Made by a program: the position numbers and the translations under genes
In this document: positions 27,033 through 40,010 of the stretch, in pieces
Position numbering within the stretch: position 1 is the first letter of the stretch
How the letters are laid out: each line of letters starts with the position of its first letter
Source: Chlorokybus atmophyticus
Lineage: Eukaryota > Plantae > Mesostigma and Chlorokybus algae
Assembly: GCA_009103225.1 (NCBI GenBank)
Contig: RHPI01003009.1
Coordinates: forward strand, 296,234-360,233
Reading direction: 5' to 3'
Length of the DNA: 64,000 bases
Notes under the pieces: model-generated
The model's input: only the letters and a program-made list of their open reading frames with translations
What the model was told of the DNA's origin: nothing
Databases searched by the model: none

Positions 27033-27284
27033 CAACGCGCGCGCGCGGGGGGCTAGGCTTACAAAGGATCTCATGAGGACTCTTGTTCAGAACTCTGGGT
27101 GTACGGTGATCACCGCGTACCCAAAGTTCATGACCGCGGCGGGCCATGGTGGTTTCACGTGGCGGCGGCCATTGCTATTGTTACTCTTTCCCGCTCTTAA
27201 GCCAGCCAGCAACAAGCTCTTTACCACCCACAACCACAACACATGCTCATTTCTGTGCACGTGCCAAAGTTTAAGGCACTATCC
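27033..27284 (-). pseudogene. Decayed duplicate of the LHCA3 proximal promoter, 5' UTR and start of exon 1
   Basis: Collinear similarity to ~24370-24576. GGGCCATGGTGGT is shared exactly. GCGGCGGCCATTG is shared exactly. AAGTTTAAGGCACTATCC vs AAGTCTAAGGCGCTATCC is 16/18. In-frame TGA after ATG GCC GCC GCC ACG. Confidence 0.8.
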
Positions 27285-29008
27285 AATATTCCAAAATCGA
27301 ATGTGTAAAAATTGATGAATCGGTCCATCCGATTCACAAATGATTTGTCAGTCTTCGTTGCGGCTTTTTGTCACCCGGTGCTACGCTACGCCAATCGCCT
27401 GCAACAACACCGCAAAGCGCATGCGGCCAATAATTGTGCCCTCCACTAGCTTACCAAACATGCTGCAGTTTAGCAGCTAAACGAGCTGACCCGCTTGGTG
27501 GCCGGGTTTGGAGCTATGCGTTGGTCATGCTTGACGAGCAAACCCTGCTTAAAGGCTAGTTATGGAGCTATGCGTTGGTAAGAGCAATGTTATTACCAAA
27601 CCATATACCCTCAATTACAATTGTTAACTTAACGACCTGCATGCATGACTTAATGGCACAATTCTCATCACGCCTTTGGCACGTTACAAAAAAAGTAATA
27701 CCACCGCATTCATTTTCATGTCATATAGGTTGATGCACCGCAGGTACAAGACATATGCAACGGATTGAATTGCAACCACACACGCTGTGTGGCAGATGAT
27801 TGCGCATTCATGTGCATGTTTGCATGACTGACGGGGTGCTAGCAGTAGTGTGGGTAGTGAGTGAGGTGAAGTAGAAAATTAGCCCGGCGGTGTTAGTGTA
27901 CAGAGTATGCACGTGATGTATGTAGCATGCACGACACATGCATGGACACTTCACCACAACCACACTCACCACTATCACGACCACCGTGTATGGAATATCT
28001 GTCGTATAAAAGTGATTGCTATGACCAGCACTATGCATGAGCCATTCTGTTGCGTATTGTTTGTACAAGCAAGCAATCACACCACAACCAAGACAAGGCC
28101 TTGGGAAGTTCAACAATATGTGCACTTGCTAGCTATCTATGTGCGCTAGCTTTGTGCATGCAAGGTGGGGCGGGGGCAAGCAGAGCCAGGGTATACACTA
28201 TACGCATGGTGTCATGCTTTATAACGTATAATATAGTATTCAAGGATTGTGTGAACATTGTTGCAAGCGAGCAAGTGGCTAAGTCAAATGCAGCCTCAAT
28301 TGGTGACATTAGTGGCAAGATAAACAATACTGCATGCAAATGCGCAAATCATACACCTTACACATTACAAGGTGCAGACCGGCCAACAACTCCAGGCACT
28401 GATTCATAACGCAAAAGCCAACTGACATGACTTTATCACACCATTCACCACTAGCAGATGTGCAACATGTTTGGTGGCCTCAAAAGAGGACACACAAAGC
28501 GATCCTATAGCGGCTCACAACAACTTCCCGTGAGCAGCGTGACACCAATATGGCAACGTTTGCTGGTTGCAGTTATGGTGCTAGGCGCGGCAGGTCGTGT
28601 ACTCTTTGGATCCAACCCATCAGATGTCCTGCATCCTGCGAACGAATGCACATAAGGAGCAACGTCAGTTGAGAAGAAAGGCATGCAGCTAGGGGATGTT
28701 GCTAATGGTAACGGTGATGATACACTACGTATGTCTTAGATGGCGAGCACAGACATAGCAATGTCACAGAGTTGTCACCATAGACACAGCGCCATGTTCC
28801 ATGCCTGGTTAAGACTACATATGTGTAAGTCAGGCTGTGCACCGAGGGCACAGCCTGTCTTTTTGTGGACACCAAATGCAGCTTACCTGTGTTATTGCAC
28901 AACTGATGGCTGAAAGGCCATGACGAGACGCTTCACCACACAAACCCTCAATGACCCCTCTTCAACCTGCTGTAGACCTTACAGCAACCTGCACCATGCA
29001 GCACCCCT

Positions 29009-30719
29009 CTAGTCTACAATGAAAGAGTCGGTTCTAATGAAGTCCAGTCCATGCAGGGAACTTGCAGCAGGGTCGTCATCAGTGGCGAAGCGCATCTGTA
29101 GTTGGAAACAGCTTACATTATGTAACTTGTCACACGTGACATCACGAGCAGTACTTGCAACCGGTGCAACAGCACTCCACTTGACGCACAGCACCATAGC
29201 ACACATTGCAAGTACATACGTCTGCGTCATTGAGGTCAACGCCCTTTGTCTTCAACACCTCAATAAAGTGCTCAAAGCAGTCCCGTGTAGGCTTGTAATG
29301 TCCGGAATGAGCTAGAATGCGCTGCAACACAGTGACTGTCACCCATACGAATATGCGCAAAAAGTTGAAAGTATCATGTTGCATGTGCGGTCACAATGCT
29401 TGCAGTAGTGAAGTTCATGTGACCACAGCTGCGGGTTACCTTGAGTTTCCCTTCAGAGTCAGTCTCCAGTCGGCCAGCGGCAACGGCAGCTCCTCCGCTC
29501 AGAAAACTGGAGTGTTGAAAGATGCCCTTCTGCTTCTGTTATAGGGACAACAGCGATGTGGGTCATTACTATGATGCAGTGCAGCCGAGCACGCAGTACG
29601 CACCGTGTGGACATACAGGGTGCCCTTGGTATCCATGACGAAAATGTACTTCAGCGAGGGCTGAGTGACCAAAGGAGCGCCAGTGTCATGCACAACCAAC
29701 CGGCCGTCGATGATGTCCACTTGGTACTTGGACCGTTGGCCCTACATACACAACAAATCAATCTTCTCAACTGCAACACAGGCTGCCCGACATGCAACTG
29801 TAAAGAGCAGCGCTGCATGTCGTTATGCCACCACTCACTGGTCCAAGGTAGGCAATCAACTGCTTTCTTAGCTTTTCCCTTGAGCATTCATCGCTTTCAA
29901 CATCAACACCCTCACCGCAGTCCAACCTAAAGTGGCAATGCATGTCACAACACACCGCATTTAAGCTGTACAAACATACAACACGCAATGCAACCCACCA
30001 GTAAAAAAAGGGTTCCTGCGTCGGGCTGTCAAGCCACAGCTTGTAGTAAATGTGCAGGTTGTGGCCATATCGATGCTTCGAGTCCACCGCTTCCAGCCAG
30101 TGCTCAAGAGACAACTGCCTGGCAAACTCGTCCTGTGACAAGCCCCGGCCTACCACAGCCGCTTTGCGCGCGCTTCGCTGCCAATTGCTGCGTGCTATTT
30201 CAGAGCGGATGTCACCCGCTGCGCTCGTTCTGCGCGACGAAGATGATGCCAGCAAGCGGGCACTCTCAAGTATGGGCCACCTGCCAACATGAGAGCATAA
30301 GCACCCATGCATGTGGACAACATTGCACACGGAAGCTTGCCAATTTATCAAGCGACTGCCAGCTAGCATGCTCGGCAGCATAAACACCCGAGGCATTACC
30401 ATAAGGCGTTGTGCTTGCTTAGGAAATGTCCGCTGAGCTCCCTTCTTACGCGGTAGCCCCTGTACAAGCGTTGTATTCGAGTCGCAGCTACCGAAGCCAG
30501 CGCACCATGCTTCATGCTGTAAGATCGGCTGAGCACAATGGCACCATCATCGGGACCATTGCCTTCGACGCCAATTGGACTGCTACCGCCATTGCATGCT
30601 TGATCTTCGTGCTGTGGAGTTGGCGCTTGCTCTACAGCAGGCTGATGGTGCACTCCATTCTCCTCAGTGCATGCTACTGCAGCACTATCAACATCTTGTC
30701 TCTGCTGATTGCACTCCAT
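29009..30719 (-). CDS. IQM: IQ-motif calmodulin-binding protein, plant IQM family, multi-exon
   Basis: IQ motif AATRIQRLYRGYRVRR, then LEHWLEAVDSKHRYGHNLHIYY, FFYWLDCGEG, HSSFLSGGAAVAAG and GHYKP, all IQM hallmarks. ATG 30719; last exon MRFATDD...IVD* ends at 29009. Confidence 0.9.
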
Positions 30720-32397
30720 CCCAAGTGCACTTGTGGATGCAAGAATTTGACAATCACTACGAGGCGCTTGGGGAGGGGCAGCCAGTCTTCCACCTGTGCA
30801 GACAATTAGCTTAGGTTTGGCAGGGCTGCAAGTTGGGTAAACACGAATCTACAGCCAGCACTTGCAGAACAGTCTCGGTCCTGTCGTGCGGCCAGCGACG
30901 TCTCCGGCCGCTCATCAGGCCACGTACTTTGTGCTCTATGTGTATGCCTGAGCCTCGCAGGCTTTTGTGCTGCGCAACGTGTGGCCGTTATGCCAGGCTA
31001 TGCTACAAGTTGCGGCATGCATGCGCCTGTGCTTCGCAAGCATGAGCTCACCAATCTTACAACCGCGACACAGCCCCACCCAGCCCTCTACGACCCGCCA
31101 ACTACGCTAGATTACGTTTCAGACTATGCAACAACATGAGAGCAAGCTCACCTCGGCACTCCAATTCGCCGCTGCTCTGAGAGCTCTCCAACTTTCGACC
31201 AAGACTGTAGCAGCAGACGGCGGTGGCGCAGTGAACAGCAACTCTCTCGCCCACCACCTTCGCCGCACTCTCGCCGCCGTCGCCGCCACTGGTTTAGGCT
31301 ACGACTTACCAGCAGCCTGCTGCCGCCGCAGAGTCTGCGGCGCAGACTGTGTTCGCTGCGCAGGCTGCGTGCCGGTTGCCGACGCCATAGCGATACTTCC
31401 TAGGCGATACTTTCTATATCCAGTACGCGCGGATGAACAAACTAAAGGGGCGTTGGGATCCACGGCCTGACTTCGATTCAATTTGACATTCTGAATGGGT
31501 TGAGGGCCTCAAGTTGAGGCCTACCGGTCTCCGGTAGGCCTACTTAGCTCCAATACGTGGAATGGTGTCACCACTTCATCTGCACTCACCACGATGTTGC
31601 ACTTCCACCTTTTGTATTCGGTTTCCACAGTTCAGTATACTTCAGTTTGCTTCAATATACTTCAGTAAAGGGTAAACACGCCAATACAGACTTTTTTGTA
31701 TCATGCGTTGCTTTTTATATAAGTGTTGGTTTGATAGGTTTATAATGTGCGTGAATATGAAAGTTATACAATACAAGTTGTTCAACTTGTCAAGGCTAAG
31801 ATTAAGAAAACAATATATGCATGTAGCAACTTTTTGTGTGCATCAACGGTTCGATACATCATGTTGAGAGTTCGTGTTATCATATTTCAACACGTTTAGC
31901 AGTAGAATGCACATTCATACAATGAGGTGCTTCATGCAATTATTAGATGAACGCATTGTTGTAACTACAGACAACACCATACAGTTTGCACTCGCATGCC
32001 CATGTTTGTGAATGCAGCCATTGCAAGTTTGGGTAGGCATGCGAACAATCACAAGAACAAACTATCTTAACGCATCACAATTACGCAGCCTGCTACCAAC
32101 GACAATGCACGCCGCACGGACCCTCGGTGTTTTCGATAAAGTGTACATCGTTTGCAAGCGTCAGTCACATCAAGCAGGCAGAAATCGCCAACAACTCGCG
32201 CGGCTACAAGCGTGTTCTTACCCGTCCGTCCGCCGCGCACGTCGCCGCCCTCCGCCGGTGTCGTAGACAGGAGGCGGCTAGGCACGGCAACAACAAGTGA
32301 GCTGCCAGCCACCTGCCTTCTCTTGTTTGCGTAATCGCAACCTGCTGTCGCAACCTGCTCGCTGCTGAGTTAGGGTTTGGTTGGGTTGGTGAGCGGC

Positions 32398-34199
32398 ATG
32401 GCTGCGGTGGCGGGGCCGGCGCAGCTGCTGCTGGGACCGCCGCCGACAGGGTTGTCGTCTTCCTCCCCGTCGTCCTCTCTGTCCACCACCTCATTTCTCC
32501 CGCACAGGACGAGAAGGCGACCGCCGCCCTGGCAGACATTGCCCAGTGCGTGGTCCACTCCCGCCTCATCGTCTGCCTCCTCCACCGCTTCTTTGCCCTC
32601 TTCCTCCTCGTTCAAGCTTGGCCCCTCCCGCTCTCATGCCAACAGGTAGGTAGTTGCAGTAGCCTTTGTTGCTTTGCTGGCTAGCTGCTTGATGTTCACG
32701 CCATGTATGGCAAGAAGAAGCTCTTTCTAACATTCATGCAGGCAGGGGCGGCGGTTACGACAGGGGGCAGGGAGGAGGGCTGCGGTGAGGGCTGCAGCCA
32801 CCACAGAGGAGGAGTTGATAAGGCCAGATGCTGTAGCATGTGGAGCGGCAGGGCCGAGGCCGGAAGGCACGCGCATCCGCCATGATGTCCTGCAGCTCAT
32901 TGGCCGCACGCCCATGGTCATGCTCAACAAAGTGACCCGAGAGGTGAGTGTGTTGCTTGCCTTCTAAGCATTGCTGTCATGGGTTGTACATATAGTTGTG
33001 TTTACCTGCTCACCAACCAATACATGTGTAACAAACCTTGCAGTTCTGTTGTGCTCCATGTGGTTCATACACGTGTGCAATGAATGTTTTCCAATGCTTC
33101 AGTCTCAGTTTTATTTAATGCTTTTTCGTACCCTCAGATTAGCATAGTCTTGCAAGTGACAGGCGTACAGTGCTCAGCTGGCATAGTGCAGTTCCACTTT
33201 CTGCAGGGCTAGTTGCGATCATGATATGTGCTAAACAAATGTTTGTTGTTGCAGGCACGATGTGTTGCACGCATTGCTTGCAAGCTAGAGCTGGCAGAAC
33301 CGTGTGTGTCCGTGAAAGATCGAATTGGGTACGCAATGGTTCTGGCAGCAGAGCGGGAGGGTCTGATCTCCCCCGGCAGGACAACGCTGGTCGAGCCCAC
33401 CTCCGGCAATACTGGCGTGGGGCTGGCCTTCGTGGCCGCTGCACGGAAGTACGACCTTATTTTGACCATGCCCGAGACAATGTCGCTGGAGCGCCGCATC
33501 CTGCTGCAGGCGTTCGGGGCGCGCGTGGTGCTCACGCCAGGGCGTCTGGGCATGCGCGGCGCAATCGCCCAGGCGGAGCAGATTGTGGCTTCAACACCTG
33601 GCGCGTTCATGCCTCAACAGTTCCGCAACCCCGCCAACCCGCAGGTGCATTACGACACCACGGGTCCCGAGATCTGGGAGGCCACGCATGGCGACATTGA
33701 CGTGCTCGTGGCCGGGGTCGGGACGGGCGGCACCATAACAGGCGTCTCGCGCTACATCAAGGACCCCGCGCGCAAGCCCAGCCTGCAGGTTGTGGCGGTG
33801 GAGCCTTCAGAGTCTCCGGTGCTCTCTGGTGGCCGCCCAGGATATCACCAGATCCAGGGCATTGGGGCGGGCTTTGTCCCCGAGGTCCTGGACATGTCTA
33901 TAGTGGACGAGGTCTTCAAGGTCACTGGGCGGGAGTCCGTGCAGATGGCTCGCACGCTTGCGAAGGAGGAAGGCATCCTGTGTGGCATTTCCTCGGGGGC
34001 GGCAGTGGTTGCGGCACTGGAGATAGGCAAGCGCTCTGAGAATGCAGGCAAGCTGATTGTGGTGGTGCTTCCGTCCTTTGGCGAGCGCTACCTCTCCACT
34101 GTGCTGTTCAAGGAGCTTTGGGCAGAGGACCGGACATCTGAAGATAAGCTGCCCCCATCCTGGCGCAACACTGAGCACATCTTTGGCGGTGCCGGCTAA
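32398..34199 (+). CDS. OASTL: Cysteine synthase / O-acetylserine(thiol)lyase, plastid-type transit peptide; exons 32398-32645, 32742-32943, 33255-34199
   Basis: [14 protein letters not shown] lysine in [60 protein letters not shown] checked the intron phases. Ser-rich N-terminus. Confidence 0.95.
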
Positions 34200-35451
34200 A
34201 GCAAACATGTGAACTGATGGTGGTGGAGGTGGTGGTAATGCGAAGTGATGAACATTGCTTCTGTCTTGGCTTCCACTCTGCCAAGTCAGTGTCATTGTTA
34301 TGGCAAAGCGTTTTGCGATGACAGTGCGCACTGACTTTTTTGTGACGACTGCGTATGTACGCTGCACATGCGACCTGTAGATTAGCCTGTGCATACATCT
34401 ACAAGCCGTGTTATATAGATGTGTAACTGCAATTGCTGTATATAAGGGTACCACACATTGCTGAAGCCTGCCTGCTCACTTTGGAAACACCCAATTTGCG
34501 CTGCTGAAACTGAGGCCATGCATAAACCATGTGGCTGACTGCCAGTCATCAGTTCCTGCTCCATGAGTCGAGGGCCCGCTGTACGAAATCAGCTTGTGCA
34601 CATAGTAGCACACCCCTTTTGTACACTTAGGCTTCATTCAGCTCCTAGGTTACCAAGCTCTTGGGTCTGGTAACCTGCAACTACTGCCTGTGTAAACTCG
34701 TGTAATCAGTAGTGTACACTCGCCTTTGACACCGCTTCGATTCATTGCACAAGCCATGTGACCGCCAGCTCATCAGGTTTGTCGGTCAGTGGAACTCAGG
34801 TCTGTGCCTGTTGCACGCGTTGTGTGCTGTTCTTCGACCGTGAGGTGCGCCGCAGACTGAAGTATTGTAAAGTTACCAAGTCGGGCGCCATTGCCGTCCA
34901 TGTCTGCACGGGCTCAAAGTGGTGAAGCACAGCAAAGTTAGGCGTTGCAACAATATTGGACAGTTCTTCGTGAAGAACTGCACATTAGCTTCAAGGTCAA
35001 GGGACCTTCAAGCTTATGTTACATACTCCAGAACACATAACCCTTGTTGATTGTCTGACTAGCGATTTGCATCCTTATCTAAAACACTTGCATCCTCCTT
35101 GATACCATATACTGCGTCTTAGCCTGCTGTGCTGAGCATGCATCTGCTAAGTATTGCAGAAGGTGCTACCAATTATGACACCAAACAGCCCGACCATGCA
35201 GCTCAGGTCGGATGCCACAATGTCCATCCACCTACGCTATATCCTTTGGGACAGCAAAGCATACTGCAATCTGGCCGCGAGTCACGCCCATTGCGTAATA
35301 CACAATTAGTTGCATTGGCTACAACGCGCAGCTTCATTTGGAATGTAGAATATAACAAACACATGCAAACAGCCAAAACTCAACAAGTAATCTAACTGCA
35401 TACCCTGTACACAAAACTGTGAGCCATAACTCCGAACAGATGTCCCAACTG

Positions 35452-38400
35452 TTACCTGAACCGCATGCAATAAACGCGCCTTCGCGTGAGCACAATCAGC
35501 GTATTACTGTCTGGTGCAGCAGCACCGAGGACCGCATCATCATCAGCAACAGGTTCGAGCATGGCAACATGGGAAGGCGCCTGCTCAGCACCCTCCTCAG
35601 GGCGATCGTAAACGTAGACAGTGCGCGCAACCTCGCAGACAAATGCACGGCTGGCAGCTGGAAACACGCCAATGTGGCGCCTCTCGCGCTTGGAGGATAC
35701 AACGTACTGCGAACGCGGACATTGTAAGTTGACACATGCAGTAAACTTGTAACAATGTGCACACTTGCAATACAAACACATACAAGCACACTCAAGCACC
35801 ATCCCATACTTGCAGTGCGGGGAACGTTGCGCAGTGGGAGACTGAGGGCGGAGACAGCAGCAAGGAGAGAGCGCACACGCAGCCATGCACATCATCCGCA
35901 AGCACCATCGCCGGACGCCCATCGACGTGTGCCTCACACATAAGCCTCCTCCCATTTACATCGATTGCAGTCGGTACTTCCGCGGCTGGCCGCCCCTTGC
36001 TGTCAAGTTTGAACACATACAGCTGATGCGGCCCGGCATCACCATCTGGACCTAGCGCACAAACAGTTGACTCATGCTGCTTGACAAGTCAACTCGGATT
36101 CACTAGCGCAGGTCTTACCAGACCCGAGAACATGACCATCCTCATCCTCATCGTCTGCCCCCTCGCCAAACAAATCCGGGATCTTTCCTTTGTCCATTAA
36201 AGCAACCGAGAGAGGGACGCCCGCGTCTGCCTCACCAGTCTCAGGAGTTCTGACATACAGCAGGTCAGCCAGATGTGAGATGCATACACAAAGTTACAGC
36301 ACTACCTTGCAATGGGAGTATCGGGGGCACCAATGCCAGCGCGAGGGCCACGCGTGGTGCCAGCATGCAATACATCTGCAGGGAGGTCGCCTTCATGCGT
36401 GAAGCGCGAAAGGGCGGCACGCGCAGCGGCCACATGGTCTTCCGATAGCGTCTCGTCAACATTAAGGCCAGCGGCGTCACCTTCAAAGACAGTTGGCCAA
36501 CGCACGCTGCCGTCCATCTTGCGCATGCGCACCTCGAGCACGTCCTCTGTCCAAGCCCACGTCGAGAACCCAGGCACAATGGCACCGTACAGCTTCCCCG
36601 ACAGCTGCCAGATCAACGGCTCTGTAGCAGCCGAAATACTTGTATCGCCCTCAACAGACTGCTTCTTTGCCATAGGTGCCCTCACCTCACCCTTCCCAAT
36701 GACTTCAATGCGCAGGTGCTCTGCGGTGTGCTTCGTGTGAGTAAGCTAGCTTGTGATCATACACGTTGTTTGCTGCGTGATGAACACCCTTGCCTTGTCT
36801 TGTCTACACAATTGCAAATCAATGGCCTTGCTTTCCATCAACAAACACTTTGCAGACTCACCTGGGGAGAAGGCCACAAGGACGTCCTGCACGTCCTCAC
36901 GGTTGATGTTCTTATGCAATACGACCTCACTACCGTCCTGTGACCACGAATACCGCGCAGCCGCTTCCGTTGGGCCGCCATGCATGCGCGTTCCTTGGTG
37001 AGGGTCCTCCTTGCCGCCCTCGCCATTGCTGCTCGCATTCAGTCCATCAGCAAGCTCCGCACCTCCGAGGGCGGCAATCCGAAATCCATCACCGGAAGTG
37101 GAAGCTGCGGCAGTAAGGAAAGCGGGTGTGTAGCGAAGGGTTCTAAAAGGTGTGCGTGCATGCAGTTTCCACTGCATCAAGCCACCGGCAGACTGGTCAT
37201 CGCGGGCTAAGGCAGCTGCCACAAGCGTGACATTGCACCTCGCAATGCTCCTGACCTGCGGTGGCTGCTCCTGACCATCTGTTCCTCCATCTTCACGCTG
37301 GTCGACAGCCTCATCAACGCGCTGCACCACGCACAACAGTTTGTCGCTTCCAGGAGCCATTGCAGCTGCTCTGACAACGAACCCTTGCCCCTGGTCCCCG
37401 CCAAGCACCCCATACACGCTCCCACTCAATCGCCAGCTGGCAGTGGAATCATCAGCCACCTCATACACGTGCAGAGCGCCAGCACCATTGGACACAACGG
37501 CCACGTCACATGCGGGGAAGGCCATGCTGGGAGGCAAAGCTTCGCCTTCATTACCATTGGTGGTGGAGACGGTATCGGGGTGAGGGAGGCGAGCAACATG
37601 CGTGGGGACAGGGTCGTTGGAGGAATCATCTGTGGTGACAGCCGCTATGGTGCCCCTGGCTGAAACATAGTAGGCAGTAGGAGAAGCAGAGTGCGGGTTG
37701 ACGAAAAGGTGGTTGTGCATGCGAAATTGCCGCACATACTCCAGCGAAAAATGCGAGTCCTCATCATCAGGCCGCCCTTCACGAACCTGTGTATCAATAT
37801 CGCCATTGCTCCCAATAGACGCAACGCTCACCTGCAGAATGGCACGAGTATTCTACACAATTCTCCAATACCGTGCTTGCGGACAGACTTGGTGTCCATG
37901 CAAGAGGGACGTGTCCGTCAACTATTGCGCAGCTCGTCAAAAGTAGGAAGATAACTACCAGCAGTATAGGTTGCTTGAAAACGCCCTGGTAGCTGACAAC
38001 CCCATGACTCTCTGCGCGCCCTCACATGCCCAGCACAATGCATGTGTGCTGTGTTGAGTGCGTCTCCTACTACCTCTGCGTGTGCTTACGTCCGTTGTGT
38101 TCGGCCGATGGCATAGCAACAACAACAAACAGTTCGAATCTGCATGCGGCACACAACTTTCGCGGGGAGGGGCTTCATGCCAAAACCATATTGCATGCAA
38201 TGACGCATACCATTGGGCAAAGCGGTTCACAGCACAGGGCATTGCCATCATGTGCTATCATGTCATGTTGCAGTAGCATCGCGATATTGGATGACAACTA
38301 AAATTAATATTGAGAAATAAGGGGCTGAGCTGCCTGGCATGCGTTGGTGTGTTCTGGCAAAACCCAAGTGTGCTTGCTGCCTTTACAAGCCAAATGCATG

Positions 38401-38798
38401 GGCTCCCAACCGTTGCGCCTCAGTGCAATGCGACACATGAATGTGTACAAACAACAATACTGTCTCGAGCATAAGCACAATGCACCTTGCATTGCTATGG
38501 ACCCTGGGCCTTCCATGCATGCAATCTGTGAGTAATGCAGAGCAAAAGAGTGCAGAGGTCAAAGCAGCAGCCACGAGCGTAACAAACGGCGCTTGCACAA
38601 AAACAGCTGTCAAAGGTGTAAGCTAGACCGACAGACAGACGTTCGCTTCAACGCTGGTGTGCGCAAGCAGTAGGGGCAAAGCAGCAGCGAGTAAGCAAGA
38701 ACCTGCGGATGGTGGGCTGCGTCCAGCTTGTAGCCCTTGAAGCGCGCAGCTGCGCCTCCGTCGCCATCGCCTCCGTAGTCTAGCCTAAAGCGCAGCAT
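35452..38798 (-). CDS. NUDCD1: NudC domain-containing protein 1 (NUDCD1-like), multi-exon
   Basis: N-terminal RFKGYKL...FSLEYVRQFRMHNHL resembles NUDCD1 FEGYKL...YTLEHMHAFGMYNYL. YSWSQDGSEVVL (CS domain start), LSGKLYGAI...WAW (CS domain), and C-terminal YVVSSKRERR...CEVARTVYVY...LIVLTRR. First in-frame ATG 38798; stop TAA at 35452. Confidence 0.82.
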
Positions 38799-39254
38799 CT
38801 CGCCGCTGGCGCCACTACCGGAGACCGCCGCCGCCGCCGCCGCTTGGCAAAACTGCTGTTCCACGTCATCGTGCTATCCATCCACAACCAACTTCTGTAA
38901 CAGCAATAGTGTCGTGCTGCACAACTGTGCATGATTGCACACTGTTTCACAATGCAACATGCACAACGCTGTTCTTGGCTGCGCACAGTTGTAGCATGAA
39001 TTGCCAGTTAATCGTGAAGACTTCACAATGGCCCAGTTTCAATGGCTGTTGTCATACCGCTGACAGCCCGTTGCAACATGCATGTGCATGTGTGTTGCTT
39101 ATTTCGTATTTACAAGGTGAAGGCCCTTCCCCCCTCATTGAGACTGACCCTCAAATCTGTATAGTGGTAGTTGTAATCACAGAAAGTTTAAATACATTGA
39201 TAAGGGGTGTAGGGCTTTATACAGGGCGGGCGTCCGTGCAGATGGCTCGCACGC

Positions 39255-39670
39255 NNNNNNNNNNNNNNNNNNNNNNNNNNNNNNNNNNNNNNNNNNNNNN
39301 NNNNNNNNNNNNNNNNNNNNNNNNNNNNNNNNNNNNNNNNNNNNNNNNNNNNNNNNNNNNNNNNNNNNNNNNNNNNNNNNNNNNNNNNNNNNNNNNNNNN
39401 NNNNNNNNNNNNNNNNNNNNNNNNNNNNNNNNNNNNNNNNNNNNNNNNNNNNNNNNNNNNNNNNNNNNNNNNNNNNNNNNNNNNNNNNNNNNNNNNNNNN
39501 NNNNNNNNNNNNNNNNNNNNNNNNNNNNNNNNNNNNNNNNNNNNNNNNNNNNNNNNNNNNNNNNNNNNNNNNNNNNNNNNNNNNNNNNNNNNNNNNNNNN
39601 NNNNNNNNNNNNNNNNNNNNNNNNNNNNNNNNNNNNNNNNNNNNNNNNNNNNNNNNNNNNNNNNNNNNNN
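39255..39670. other. Assembly gap (416 N)
   Basis: N-run seen directly. Confidence 0.98.
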
Positions 39671-39933
39671 GTGTCTCTCCAACCAGGTACAGATGATAGC
39701 GTAATTGTCAGAACTTCACACGTGAATATTTGAATTCAACCTATGATTTGCACTTGATTGGCAAACCATTGTGTTTAAAGATACAACTCAATCTGGTCTG
39801 CATAATATTAAGCGCTGGATGTGCACACATACACACAATAGCGTCTTCGATTTTCTGTACACACGCGCATGCGCGCACACATTTCAACAGCTAGAGCTCT
39901 GGTGGTTATGCTAGGCCTAGCCAAGTTCCTTAA

Positions 39934-39937
39934 AAGA

Positions 39938-40001
<64 letters not shown>

Positions 40002-40010
40002 NAGAGAGAG
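39934..40010. repeat. (GA)n microsatellite
   Basis: Near-perfect GA run with one GG interruption and one N. Confidence 0.97.

Noticed and set aside
27509-27579. 17-bp direct repeat TGGAGCTATGCGTTGGT (27509-27525, 27563-27579) with a 37-bp spacer, superficially CRISPR-like
   Set aside because: Only two short units, no palindromy, no cas genes and a eukaryotic context. Best read as a small local duplication.
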